Source of the DNA: a virus
Lineage: Duplodnaviria; Caudoviricetes
Direction: 5' to 3' (one strand)
DNA length: 45,284 nt
IMG/VR virus record: IMGVR_UViG_3300048856_000101
Span: 1-45,284 of that record
The stretch's first letter is position 1. Each line of letters starts with the position of its first letter. Shown piece after piece: positions 9,082 to 18,797 of the stretch. The notes beneath the pieces are model-generated. The model searched no databases and had not been told where the DNA came from. It worked only from the letters and a program-made list of their open reading frames with translations. The translations under genes and the position numbers were made by a program.

Positions 9082-10907
9082 CTGGCGACCACCGTCTGCT
9101 TGTCGCTGCCTGCGGACATGTAATCCCTCACAAGGTCGGCCAGCTCGGACAGGGTGCCGGGTGCCGAGACCAGCCCGAGACAGAAGTCCCACCGGTCGAC
9201 GGCGATCACGGCCGACTCGTACGGGTGCACGGTGCCCGACCCGTAGAACACATGATCGATGGTGTACGGGGCACCAATGACGGCCGCGTCGACGGTGGTC
9301 GCGTCGAACCGAGTCGAGGGCGACGAATGCGCCTCACCGGTCCACGCGTGAATGAACCCGCCCGTGTCGGATGTGCTGCCATCGAAGTAGGCCGTGGCGA
9401 CGGTTCCCGGTTCGGGTTGCGTGCCGGTGACATCGAGCGTCTGCCCCGCCGCCCAGGTCGCAAACCCGCCGACCGCGCCGACGGACGCGCGAACAGCGCC
9501 CGACGGAACGACGATCGCGTTCAGGTTCAACCGCGCCCACGTGTTGGCGTTCACCGCAACCGCGGAAGAGATCAACGCACCACCGACTTGGTTGCCCGAG
9601 GCGTCGTAGAACACGACCCTCAGGGACAGGTCACGGCTCACTGACGGACGTGCATACACCGAGAACGAGTCGGTGGTTCCAGCGACCACCGGAATCACGC
9701 CAGCGCCCTGATGCGCAGCCCCGAACGAGGAGCCTGAGTGGGCGGCGGCAGCGGTCACCCGGTACCACGCAGTAATGGACCCGATCGGGCCGACACCGGT
9801 TTGACGGCCGGTCGCGGTCCCCGCACCGATCATCGACCACCCGGTCGCGTTGGTCGCGAGCCTAGGGTTCGAGGAGAGGTTCTTCGCCGCGACCGCTCCC
9901 GGCAGCGCGAGCCCGCCGGGAACCGGGACCGCGTCAGCGAAGCCAGCGGCCACAGCCGGTTTGTTTGCGCCCAACACGGTGCGGGCGTGCCGGACACTGA
10001 TGAACCGGTGCCCACGCCGGAGCGCGATATCAATCACGATCGGATCGTCCGGCGACGCGGTGAACGTAGTCGTAAACCGCAACACCGCTTCTTCTGGTGA
10101 GTTGCGCAGCACGGTGATCGTGTGCGGGCTGCGCAACGCCGAGTGCGGATTCCCGCCGAACAGGTCAACACTCCACCCCGGCCCCCAGGTGGACCCGTCC
10201 CACGCTTGCAGCGTCAGGTCAAACAATGAACCGAGCTGTGTTGTGACTCGGAGCAACCCGTTGGACAGTTCCCAGTCACGCGGAAGATTCGGGATCTGCC
10301 GGCCAACCGCGGTCCGCAACGGATCACCAACCTTGACGGTGACCGCACCGTCATAGAAGCGGGCAGGTTCGACCGTGTACGACGCCAACGGGGCGTCCTG
10401 CGTTTCGTACAGCAGGACCTCACCGGTCGCGGACGGTCGAGCCTCAACGTTCACTGGGCTGATGTACACGTTCAGGTCCGGGACGTAAATCGCGAACGAC
10501 TTACACGCCCCCGGCACGCCACGCCGATCCAACCGCGTCAATCCACGCGAGTTCTGCCGCGTCGCCCCAGTGGACACTACTTCGATGAGTGGGCTGGCGT
10601 ATCCCTGCACCCGGTCAAGCTCGACACTGAAGTTCCAGAGGCCTTCCTCGTGGTCAAGTTCATCCCACGACACCCGGGCAACTTCGTGGTAGCCGTCAAC
10701 CTCTGGGTGTTCGTCCCACACAACTGGCACGAACGACTCGTCCGGCGAATCGACGTACCCGAGAAGCTGTTGCCGGAGTGCGCGCGCGGCTTCGTCATCG
10801 GAGTACGACGTCACCCCTGAGATGGACACGCGGGAGCTGTTGGCGGTGAATGATTGCACTTCTCCGGAGAGAAGTTCCACCCCGAAGCGTCCGATCTGCA
10901 AGCTCAT
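9078..10907 (-). CDS. Distal tail protein with inserted carbohydrate-binding-like domain
   Basis: First gene after tape measure; internal KNLSSNPRLATNATGW...FSVYARP...YFDGS beta-sandwich segment. Confidence 0.8.
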   Translation of the reverse strand: MSLQIGRFGVELLSGEVQSFTANSSRVSISGVTSYSDDEAARALRQQLLGYVDSPDESFVPVVWDEHPEVDGYHEVARVSWDELDHEEGLWNFSVELDRVQGYASPLIEVVSTGATRQNSRGLTRLDRRGVPGACKSFAIYVPDLNVYISPVNVEARPSATGEVLLYETQDAPLASYTVEPARFYDGAVTVKVGDPLRTAVGRQIPNLPRDWELSNGLLRVTTQLGSLFDLTLQAWDGSTWGPGWSVDLFGGNPHSALRSPHTITVLRNSPEEAVLRFTTTFTASPDDPIVIDIALRRGHRFISVRHARTVLGANKPAVAAGFADAVPVPGGLALPGAVAAKNLSSNPRLATNATGWSMIGAGTATGRQTGVGPIGSITAWYRVTAAAAHSGSSFGAAHQGAGVIPVVAGTTDSFSVYARPSVSRDLSLRVVFYDASGNQVGGALISSAVAVNANTWARLNLNAIVVPSGAVRASVGAVGGFATWAAGQTLDVTGTQPEPGTVATAYFDGSTSDTGGFIHAWTGEAHSSPSTRFDATTVDAAVIGAPYTIDHVFYGSGTVHPYESAVIAVDRWDFCLGLVSAPGTLSELADLVRDYMSAGSDKQTVVAR

Positions 10908-12832
10908 CCTCGTATCCGTTTCTCCCGTAGCACGGCGTCGAGCACGGCGCCGGATGATTTGTTGAGTGCATCTCGCAGGATGGTGAGGAATTCCCACTCA
11001 CCTATATGGATGTCGATGTTTGGTATCGCGGCATCTGTTCCGCCTCCGCCGAGCTGCTGTAGCACGGTCGGGGACAGCGGGAGCACAGCTTCGTCGTATC
11101 GGCCTTCACCGATGTTCGCCACAATGCCGCCCGGGCGACGAGAAACCACCGCGCCGGCAGCAAGCTTCGGGATGGTGCCGACCTTGAGGTTCACGCCAAT
11201 CGCACCACCGACGACACCCGCGACACCGTTGATCCCGTTGATGACGCCGTTCACGGCACCGATGATCCCGTTGATCACGTTCCGAATGACTGAGACGACG
11301 CCTTCGAACGCGCCCCGAACGATTCCCGCTATGGCGTTGAACACCGATCCGAACACGCTTTGAACGTTCTGAATCGTGCCAATGATTGCGTCCCAGATCC
11401 CGGTGAAGAACGCCACGATCCCGTTCCAGAGCCCGTTCCACCAGCCAGAGATCGCGGACCCGACAGCCACGATGATGGCGAACACCATGTTGATGTACGC
11501 CGTGACGAACCCGACGATGTTGCCCCACACCTGACCGATGAAATTGCCGATGCCGCTCCAGAGCCCGTTCCACCAGCCGGCGATCGCCCCACCCACGGCG
11601 GTGAGGCCGGCCCAGAGCATCGTGAAGAACCCGGTCACGGCGGTGACGATGTTGGTCCAGACCGACACGATCCATTCCCAGACGCTGGTCCAGAGCCCGT
11701 TCCACCAACCCAGGAACCCGTCCATGACCGCGGTGAACCAGGTGACGAATCCGTTCCACACGGTGGTGAGCCATGCGACTACGGTGTCCCAGTTCATCGC
11801 GAGCGCGACGATCGCGGCGACCAGCAACCCGATACCGATCACGATCCACGTCATGGGGTTGGCGAGCAACGCGACCGTGAAGTTCCACGTCGCGACCACC
11901 GCCGCCCAGATCGCCGGCGCGAGTGCAGTCAGTAGCGCCGCGCCCAACCCGGCGATCACCGGAATGAAGATCTTTGAGTTGGCGATGAAGGCGCTGAAGA
12001 TCGTGAGCAGGCCGGTGAGGGCTGGTTTGACGAAGTTGATCGCGCCGGTGAGTCCGCTGACAATCGTGGCGTTCAGGTTGCCGACCGCGCCTTCCATGGT
12101 TTCGGTGGACTTCGCGGCCTCCACCGCGACGGGCTGGGTGCCGAGGTTCAGAAGCGCGTTGTTGAACTCGTCGGCGGTGATTTCGCCCTTCTCCATCGCT
12201 TCCCGGAAGTTCCCGGTGTACGCACCGGCCTGCAAGAGGGCGTCCTGGAGCTGCCCGGACGCGCCCGGGATGGCGTCGGCGAGCTGGTTCCAGTTCTCGG
12301 TCGTGAGCTTGCCCGCACCAGCGGTCTGGGTCAGCATCATCGCCACCGACGAGAACGTGGCCTGGTTCCCGCCCGCGACCGCGTTCAAGTTCCCGGCAGC
12401 TTCGGTGAGCTTGTCGTAGTCCTTGACCCCGTTCGCGGCGAGCTGCGCGGTGGTGTTCTGCACAGTCGCGAGGTCGTAGACGGTGGAGTCCGCGTACGCC
12501 TTCGTCGACTTCTGCAACCGGTCGATCGTTGACGTGTCCACGTCAGCGAACTGCAACGTTTGCGCAAACTTCTGCGTCGCGTCCGACGCCGCAACTGCGT
12601 CACCCACGAGATCCCCGACGCTCTGCGCCGCGGACGACGCCAACGTGGCGACCAATCCGCCGACGGCACCCGCGAGAGCGAATCCCTTCGTGTACCCGGC
12701 GCCGGTCTTCATCCCGAGCTCACGCCCAACCTTGTCGGTATCGACGTCGCCGAGCTGCTTGGCGATATCCCCCTGGACGCCCGGCATCCTGGCGTAGAGG
12801 GCGAGGTACGCGGAGGCGATCTCGGTCGACAT
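10904..12832 (-). CDS. Tape measure protein (642 aa)
   Basis: YADSTVYDL...GKLTTENWNQL...GEITADEFN tape-measure domain, ANP motif, Trp-periodic region. Confidence 0.95.
   Translation of the reverse strand: MSTEIASAYLALYARMPGVQGDIAKQLGDVDTDKVGRELGMKTGAGYTKGFALAGAVGGLVATLASSAAQSVGDLVGDAVAASDATQKFAQTLQFADVDTSTIDRLQKSTKAYADSTVYDLATVQNTTAQLAANGVKDYDKLTEAAGNLNAVAGGNQATFSSVAMMLTQTAGAGKLTTENWNQLADAIPGASGQLQDALLQAGAYTGNFREAMEKGEITADEFNNALLNLGTQPVAVEAAKSTETMEGAVGNLNATIVSGLTGAINFVKPALTGLLTIFSAFIANSKIFIPVIAGLGAALLTALAPAIWAAVVATWNFTVALLANPMTWIVIGIGLLVAAIVALAMNWDTVVAWLTTVWNGFVTWFTAVMDGFLGWWNGLWTSVWEWIVSVWTNIVTAVTGFFTMLWAGLTAVGGAIAGWWNGLWSGIGNFIGQVWGNIVGFVTAYINMVFAIIVAVGSAISGWWNGLWNGIVAFFTGIWDAIIGTIQNVQSVFGSVFNAIAGIVRGAFEGVVSVIRNVINGIIGAVNGVINGINGVAGVVGGAIGVNLKVGTIPKLAAGAVVSRRPGGIVANIGEGRYDEAVLPLSPTVLQQLGGGGTDAAIPNIDIHIGEWEFLTILRDALNKSSGAVLDAVLREKRIRG
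11426..11707. repeat. Tape-measure internal repeat, 132-bp (44-aa) period
   Basis: CCAGAGCCCGTTCCACCA (WWNGLW) starts at 11426, 11558 and 11690. Confidence 0.85.
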
Positions 12833-12853
12833 TGGATGCCTCCTGGCGCGCTA

Positions 12854-13252
12854 TTAGGTTGTGGTTCGACGGCGTTGCCTGGCTTCCCACGCGGCCGCGC
12901 GGGTCGACTGCTTCGCTTGCTCGGCTTGTGTCTCGTGCGCATACGGCGGGGCCTTCTGCACGGTGGGCGGCTTCGTTCCAGCTGCGCCGTCTTTGGTCTT
13001 CCGCCAATCAAGAACCCGGAGCCGGAACTCGATCAGGTTCAGCAGATGCGCTTCCGCGGACCACGCTCGGGGACCACCCACGGCCTGCCACAGTGCGCAA
13101 CCGTCTGGGAGGAACGCCACCAGGTCAGCAAGTTCAAGCGCGCCGAGCTCAGCACGGGCCGTGGCCAGGCGGATGCCGTAGGCGGCTTGGAGCGACGCTC
13201 GCAGTGCGCCCTCGTGGTCATGGAGGGCGTACGCGAGCGTCAGGAGTTTGGG
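12854..13252 (-). CDS. Tail assembly chaperone, -1 frameshift extension (gpT-like)
   Basis: Open -1 frame PKLLTLAYALHDHEGALRASLQAAYGIRL...LVAFLPDG from the slippery heptamer to stop 12854. Confidence 0.85.
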   Translation of the reverse strand, partial: PKLLTLAYALHDHEGALRASLQAAYGIRLATARAELGALELADLVAFLPDGCALWQAVGGPRAWSAEAHLLNLIEFRLRVLDWRKTKDGAAGTKPPTVQKAPPYAHETQAEQAKQSTRAAAWEARQRRRTTT

Positions 13253-13578
13253 TTGAGTGCTCCGAACAGTTCCAAGACGTAATCAAACCCAGCCTGCACC
13301 GGTACCCGCCCGTTGTCGCCGCGGAGCCCGTCCATCACCGTCCTGTATCCGTCGTCGCCGACGAGCCGCCGCAGGATCAACGGCAGCCGGCCCCGGTCGG
13401 TCTGGTCACCGAACTGGACACGGCCGAGCTCCTCAACGAGTTCGAAGTCATCGAGGGCCTCGTCAGGGACCATGACGGTCACACCGCGGCAGGTCACTTC
13501 CTTCCCACCATCCACCGGCACAACGCTCGGCTTCTCGGTCTTCGGCTGATGGTCCTGCGGCTTCCGGGGCGCGGTCAT
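13240..13578 (-). CDS. Tail assembly chaperone (gpG-like)
   Basis: MTAPRKPQDH...ALDDFELVEEL; between major tail and tape measure; RBS AGGAG. Confidence 0.88.
   Translation of the reverse strand: MTAPRKPQDHQPKTEKPSVVPVDGGKEVTCRGVTVMVPDEALDDFELVEELGRVQFGDQTDRGRLPLILRRLVGDDGYRTVMDGLRGDNGRVPVQAGFDYVLELFGALNPNS
13246..13252 (-). promoter_or_regulatory. Programmed -1 frameshift site C CCA AAC
   Basis: X XXY YYZ heptamer one codon before the chaperone stop, with open -1 frame. Confidence 0.85.
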
Positions 13579-13619
13579 GGTGAGGACTCCTATTCGGGGT
13601 AGTGGAAACGAGGGATGAG

Positions 13620-13654
13620 GGTGGGGCGATCCCCCTTTGGGTGATCGCCCCACC
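13620..13654 (-). terminator. Hairpin after major tail gene
   Basis: GGTGGGGCGATC...GATCGCCCCACC inverted repeat. Confidence 0.6.
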
Positions 13655-13668
13655 TCAGTCATCGGCGA

Positions 13669-14499
13669 TTAGGGCGTCGCGACGACCGTGGCCGCGGGCG
13701 AAGTGCCGCCCGTCAGTGCGCTGCCGTTCGCGGTCACCGCCACTGGCGCGAGGAACGTAATCGCAATCGGGGTCGTCCCCGATGCGGTGACACCGGATAC
13801 GCCGGTCACGCCCGAGAGCGCGTTGATCGCAGCGGCCACCGCGGCAGCGTTCGCGTTGTACGCAATCGGCGCGGTGGCAGAACCGTTCACCGAAAGCGTG
13901 TACGTGCCACCTGTCGGGGAACCGCTGATCGTCAGGTTCCACACCGTGTCAAGCGTTGCGCCGGCGCCCTCGTAGGAGATGTAGTCGCCAATGATCTCGC
14001 CGATGAATGGGAACCCTGCGATGTCGTTGTTGACGAACACCCGGTCACCGTCCGCGACGATTTCGAGCCGGTCGATGCAGAGACGCTCCTTCACGGTGAT
14101 GTTGTCCGCGTCGAACACGTCGACCACAGCCGCGCGGGCAGAGACCTTCTGCCCCGCACCACGCACAACCTTCCGGACCCCGCCCGTCACGGTGACGGAC
14201 TTCTCGTCGTAGCGCAGACCCTTCGTTTGCGGCTTCGATTCGAGGGCAGTGAACGCGACCGTCGTCCCGGTCTCGGTCATCCGGGTGCGAACAACTCGGC
14301 CACCCTGATGGCCACGGATAACCTCCTTGGAGCCGGTCGCGGCCTCGGTAATGCCATCCGAGTGCAACCAGCCCACATCCTCGAACGAGGCGTGCAGCGC
14401 GCCATCGATCGCGGTCGGCAACGGCGTGCCGATCGGGGCCAGATAGATCGAGTCCAGGTCGGACCCAAAGATGCGTGCGTTCTCGGCGATCACAGTCAT
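13669..14499 (-). CDS. Major tail protein with C-terminal extension domain
   Basis: IYLAPIGTPLPT...VGWLHSDGITE tail-tube signature and synteny. Confidence 0.92.
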   Translation of the reverse strand: MTVIAENARIFGSDLDSIYLAPIGTPLPTAIDGALHASFEDVGWLHSDGITEAATGSKEVIRGHQGGRVVRTRMTETGTTVAFTALESKPQTKGLRYDEKSVTVTGGVRKVVRGAGQKVSARAAVVDVFDADNITVKERLCIDRLEIVADGDRVFVNNDIAGFPFIGEIIGDYISYEGAGATLDTVWNLTISGSPTGGTYTLSVNGSATAPIAYNANAAAVAAAINALSGVTGVSGVTASGTTPIAITFLAPVAVTANGSALTGGTSPAATVVATP

Positions 14500-14553
14500 A
14501 GCTGATTCCTTCTGTTGAGTTGTGGCCGGCGTTCGTTGAACGCTGGGCGTGAC

Positions 14554-14922
14554 TTAGCGGCCCGCGCGCACCATCAGCGCGACCGTGAACCGATACCTCG
14601 GAGTGTTCGTGTCCGGGTCCGGGGTTGAATGCAGGCCACTGATCTCAGTGGCAGCGCGCACGAGCGGCATCAGCGTGTACCGGTGTAGAAACGCTTCCCG
14701 GCATGCCGAGGCCAGCGCCCACGCCTCGGCCTCGCTTGCAGCCTCAGCATCGACGGTGATCTGAGCCTCTTCCAGGACCCGATTCAGTGCGGCACCACCC
14801 GTCCGGTAGACCCGCACGAAACTCGACGGACGGTCGGCGGGCACTCTTGTTCCGGCGTGCACGGGTGCGATCTGCGAACGGACGAACGCGACGGCTAAGG
14901 CTTCAGCGTCGGGGAAGCTCAT
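14554..14922 (-). CDS. Tail terminator
   Basis: FPDAEAL...VPADRPSSFVRVYRTGG...PRYRFT; precedes major tail gene. Confidence 0.85.
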   Translation of the reverse strand: MSFPDAEALAVAFVRSQIAPVHAGTRVPADRPSSFVRVYRTGGAALNRVLEEAQITVDAEAASEAEAWALASACREAFLHRYTLMPLVRAATEISGLHSTPDPDTNTPRYRFTVALMVRAGR

Positions 14923-15164
14923 CGTGCTGCGCCTAGCGCTCGTTGCAGCACCGCGTCCTCCGCCTGCCGTTTGGCTCCTTCATCGCCGTGCGTTTGGACG
15001 AAGGCGCGCGAGGTGTAGCGGTGCGGCTTCGTCACAACGGCGAACCCGTCGCCAGCGACCCTCGCGACGCGGGCAGCGCGCCGCGAGACCTCAGCTTGGA
15101 CGGGCGCAGACCTGAGGGTCGCCTGGATGCCGCGCAGCTTGAGAATGACGATGACGTTTGCCAT
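14919..15164 (-). CDS. Neck/tail completion protein
   Basis: 81-aa basic ORF coupled between stopper and terminator genes. Confidence 0.75.
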   Translation of the reverse strand: MANVIVILKLRGIQATLRSAPVQAEVSRRAARVARVAGDGFAVVTKPHRYTSRAFVQTHGDEGAKRQAEDAVLQRALGAAR

Positions 15165-15490
15165 CAGCCTGACACCTTTCGGAGCGTGACGACGTTGCCC
15201 TCGTGGGTGGCGCCGTCGGGGTTGCGCCATCGGATGGTCTCGCCCTCGACCTCGTAGGTTTCCCCTTCCACGATGACTCGATCTCGTGGGCCGAACACAA
15301 CCTCCGGAGGCAGGTACAGCTTCGGTTCGGTGATAACCCGGTCGTGTCCGGGGGTTCGGAGTTCAGAGGTTGATCCGGGATCGAAGGCGAGGATCGGTTT
15401 CGGGATCGGCTGCTGCCAACCATCTCTCGGGTTGCCGTGCGTGTCTTCGGCGCCTGGGTTGTACGCGGCGTGCATCACGGTTTCGCTCAT
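15164..15490 (-). CDS. Head-to-tail stopper
   Basis: DTHGNP...DRVIVEGETYEVEG..W motif. Confidence 0.85.
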   Translation of the reverse strand: MSETVMHAAYNPGAEDTHGNPRDGWQQPIPKPILAFDPGSTSELRTPGHDRVITEPKLYLPPEVVFGPRDRVIVEGETYEVEGETIRWRNPDGATHEGNVVTLRKVSG

Positions 15491-16062
15491 GGTCGCTGCA
15501 CGATCATGTGGCTGGATCGGGGCGCCCGGAACAGTTTGGCGGTGTTGACGTCCTCCGGGGACAGCATCACCTGCCCGCCGACTGCCCAGGTTGCGAATGT
15601 CCCCGACTCGGTGAACGGCCCGGTCCCCTTCGAAAACTGCGCCATGCCGACCGTGGCTCGCGGATCGACTTTGAGCACGCGGGCGACGATTTCGGCGACC
15701 GTGACCCGCACGATCTCGGGCACTTCAGTTGCGCCGTGCGTGTAGTGCACACGCACGAACTCGTGCGATCGCCGATGGACGGTCAGCACTTGCCCGTGTC
15801 GGACGAACTCCACCGCCGTCCCACAGTCGTCCGTGACGGACTCGACTGAGATGACCGGTGACTGGGCAAGACGGACGTCGCCGCCGTTGACCTTCATCCG
15901 GACGGTCGATTCGCCTGGGGTGAAGAGCTGCCCGGAAGACGCCCGAAACAGTTCGGACGCTTTCACGAGCATGCTTTGTACGCGCGGCTCTTCCTGGGGG
16001 GTGAGGGCACGGCCGAGTGCCTCTCTCACATCGACGTGGGATGCGAGTGTGGGTATCGTCAA
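15487..16062 (-). CDS. Head-to-tail adaptor
   Basis: LASHVDVREALGR...VRVHYTHG...GPFTES; follows the capsid gene. Confidence 0.85.
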   Translation of the reverse strand: MTIPTLASHVDVREALGRALTPQEEPRVQSMLVKASELFRASSGQLFTPGESTVRMKVNGGDVRLAQSPVISVESVTDDCGTAVEFVRHGQVLTVHRRSHEFVRVHYTHGATEVPEIVRVTVAEIVARVLKVDPRATVGMAQFSKGTGPFTESGTFATWAVGGQVMLSPEDVNTAKLFRAPRSSHMIVQRP

Positions 16063-16085
16063 GTGCCCTCACCCCTTTCAGTTGG

Positions 16086-17321
16086 TTAGGAGACCGAGAC
16101 CGACGGCGAGGAGCCGCCCGTCAGGCCGGCGCCGGAAGCGGTCACCGAGACGCGCTCGTTGAAGACGACCGTCTTCGTAGTCGTCCCCGTGACCTTCGCG
16201 TCGGACACGCCGGTGAGCTCGTTGATCTCGGCCTGGATGGTCGCGTTCGTCGCGTTGTAAGCGATCGCGTCAGTGGTCTGCCCATCCACGGTGAGCGTGA
16301 ACGTGCCACCCGTAGGCGCGCCAGTGATCTGGAAGTTCCACGACGCCTTCTCGGAACCGCCCGCACCGAACGTGACCTTGATCGCACGCTGAAACTTCAG
16401 GACCGGCGCATCGTTCTCATCGCGAAGCATCGAGCCGTCCGGAAGAAACTCCGGGTCGGTGACGACACTCGCCCCCGCAAACGAGTGAACGACGGAACGG
16501 TCCTTCATCGTGAGCCCGTCGTAGTCCCACACCTGGGTGACCGCCAGGCCATTCCCGGCTGCAACACCACCACCCTTGGACGCGCCCTGCGGTACCACCG
16601 GGGCAACATTGGCAATCGCGATCGCGGTCTCATGCACGAAGTACGACTCGGCGGGGTCCAGCGCGTCGACCTCGACAATGACGAAGCCGGCGAGCTTGCC
16701 CACGACGCCCTCGCGAACCGCCTCGGGAAGCCCGGAGGTGTCCACGTCGAGCAGCTTGTCGTACGACGCAATCGCTTCGGACACGTCCGCGCCGACCAGC
16801 CAGTATCGACCGGTGGACGGCCAGTGGGCCTTCTGCGCGAGCTTCCGCGCCTTGATCGCGACCTTCCGAGGGTCTCTCTCCGGAGCGGTCTCCACTGCGT
16901 TCGGGTTGAAGGTCACACCGAGCACGAACGATGCCGCGCGCAGCGCCCCGACGATGAGGTTCTCGAACCATTCGAGGATGGCGCGGACCTGCGGGGCCTG
17001 GACGTCACGCACGTAGTCGATTTCGTCCAGCGTCTCCTCCTCTGGCTGGAGGTGGACGGCGCTGTACGGGTGCTTGTTCAACGCGACCTGGATCTTCGAC
17101 TGCGCGAGCCGGTCGACGGTGATCTGGTCGTCGCCGCGCCAGTTCTTCTCACGAGCGACGAGCACAGCGGGACGCTTGATGTTGACGACGTCCCCCTCTG
17201 CCCCCTTGAAGTCGGCGATGCCGAACTTGTAGGTGAAGAGCGAGGGTGCCTTGACCTCTTTGCGAAGCAGGGCAAGCGCGGTCTGCGCAAGCTTCTGCCC
17301 CTTTACGAAAATATTCGCCAC
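16086..17321 (-). CDS. Major capsid protein (P22-coat-like) with C-terminal extension
   Basis: GDVVNIKRP, VREGVVGKLAGFVIVE, YDGLTMKDRS; follows scaffold; RBS AAGGAG. Confidence 0.92.
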   Translation of the reverse strand: MANIFVKGQKLAQTALALLRKEVKAPSLFTYKFGIADFKGAEGDVVNIKRPAVLVAREKNWRGDDQITVDRLAQSKIQVALNKHPYSAVHLQPEEETLDEIDYVRDVQAPQVRAILEWFENLIVGALRAASFVLGVTFNPNAVETAPERDPRKVAIKARKLAQKAHWPSTGRYWLVGADVSEAIASYDKLLDVDTSGLPEAVREGVVGKLAGFVIVEVDALDPAESYFVHETAIAIANVAPVVPQGASKGGGVAAGNGLAVTQVWDYDGLTMKDRSVVHSFAGASVVTDPEFLPDGSMLRDENDAPVLKFQRAIKVTFGAGGSEKASWNFQITGAPTGGTFTLTVDGQTTDAIAYNATNATIQAEINELTGVSDAKVTGTTTKTVVFNERVSVTASGAGLTGGSSPSVSVS

Positions 17322-17379
17322 AATGGCTCCTTTGGATTTGGCCCGAGTACGTTCGTGATGAACGTCCTACGGGTGCGAT

Positions 17380-17895
17380 TTAGCGGCCGGTTGCAGCCGC
17401 CACGATGTCGTCGGCGGACATGTCGCCAGCGCCGATTGCCGAGCCGGCAGCGCCCTGTCCATCAGCGTTTGGTGCCGCGGCGGGTGCAGGCAGGAGCGCG
17501 AGGATCTCGTCGGCGTGCGCCTCAAGTTCTTCGCGAGTGAGACCGCGGAGTGCGGTGGCCGGGATCTTGCGATCCTCGAACCCTTTCTCCTTCGCGATCT
17601 CTGCGCGGAGGGCCGTTGCGGCGTCCTTCGCGTCCCGTTCGGCGAGGGCCCTTTCGGCGGCCTCGGCGCGGGCGGTGAGCTTCTCCTGCTCGGTCTGGTT
17701 CGCGGCCTCGATCTCATCGAGCTTCTTCGCCTTATCAGCGTTTGCTTTGGCCTGCTCCTCGTTCTTGCGAGAGAGCGACTTCCACTTCGCGACTTCTTCG
17801 AGAGCGGCTGCGAGTGTGGCCTCCGGAGTGTCCGCTTCCGCGGCTGCCTTTGCGGCGGCCTCTTCAGCAGCGATCTCTTCCGGTGTCTTCGGCAT
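17380..17895 (-). CDS. Scaffolding protein
   Basis: KWKSLSRKNEEQAKAN...TEQEK, Ala/Glu-rich coiled coil. Confidence 0.9.
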   Translation of the reverse strand: MPKTPEEIAAEEAAAKAAAEADTPEATLAAALEEVAKWKSLSRKNEEQAKANADKAKKLDEIEAANQTEQEKLTARAEAAERALAERDAKDAATALRAEIAKEKGFEDRKIPATALRGLTREELEAHADEILALLPAPAAAPNADGQGAAGSAIGAGDMSADDIVAAATGR

Positions 17896-17969
17896 GGTTG
17901 TGATTCCCCGTTTCGGAGTTGGAAAGCAGCCCGTTGCGGGCCGCCCTGCCCGCAGAGATGGCGGGAAGT

Positions 17970-18797
17970 TCAGTTGAGGGCGGCGATGTCGGCCTTCGAA
18001 GTGAAGTGCTGATCACGCCAGGTCAGGACCGGCCCAAGCTCGCCATGCTCACGCGTCGCGATCAGGTCGAGGTAGTCCGAGCGGGTGTTTCGGCCGTCGA
18101 GCATCCGGGCACCCCGGTCGGTGCCGCCAAATTGTGCTTCAACGAGGCCGTGGATCTCTTCCAGGAGCGCAGGCTGAAGGGTTTCCTCTGGCTCATGGCT
18201 GAGCTCGACGGTGTCCATCCCGCAGTCACAACCGGGGTGAATCGGCATCAACTTCTCGGCAAGGTAGAGCTGTGTCGAGGCAATAACGCACAAGGCGCAG
18301 TGCTCCCGCCCGGTGAGGACGCGGCGCGTGAAGAGGAATCCGCGCGATACCGCCGACGCCCGAGCCTGCGTTGTCTTCGCAAGCTGGTGATCGGATGCGA
18401 TGATCGAGTTCAATCGGGCGACGCTTGCCGACACTGCCTGTGCAAGCGTCGCGCCATCGGAGAGTGCTCTATATAGCGTCCCCGCGGGTCGGCGGTACAC
18501 CTCCTCGGCCGGGACGCCACGAGCGGACGTGACGAGTTCCCGATTCACCGGTACCGGTGCGACGGCTTTACCTGTTCGAGCTGTTTCCAGCGCTGCGAGG
18601 TATGCGGCCGTGAGCTGCGCGGTCTGGATCTGTCCCGCCTGCGCCCGAGGGACAATCAGCGCCACCAGACGGTCCACGTCAGCGTCCCGCCACGACCCTG
18701 CCCCGCCCCAGACCGCCGCGGCGTACTCAAGCACCCGTGTACGGATGTCGCGGACGACGGTCTGGTAACCGGTGGTGATCTGTTCAGGTGTTGCCAC
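17970..18797 (-). CDS. Minor capsid / MuF-like head morphogenesis protein
   Basis: RRVLTGREHCALC...IHPGCDC motifs; follows portal. Confidence 0.82.
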   Translation of the reverse strand: MATPEQITTGYQTVVRDIRTRVLEYAAAVWGGAGSWRDADVDRLVALIVPRAQAGQIQTAQLTAAYLAALETARTGKAVAPVPVNRELVTSARGVPAEEVYRRPAGTLYRALSDGATLAQAVSASVARLNSIIASDHQLAKTTQARASAVSRGFLFTRRVLTGREHCALCVIASTQLYLAEKLMPIHPGCDCGMDTVELSHEPEETLQPALLEEIHGLVEAQFGGTDRGARMLDGRNTRSDYLDLIATREHGELGPVLTWRDQHFTSKADIAALN

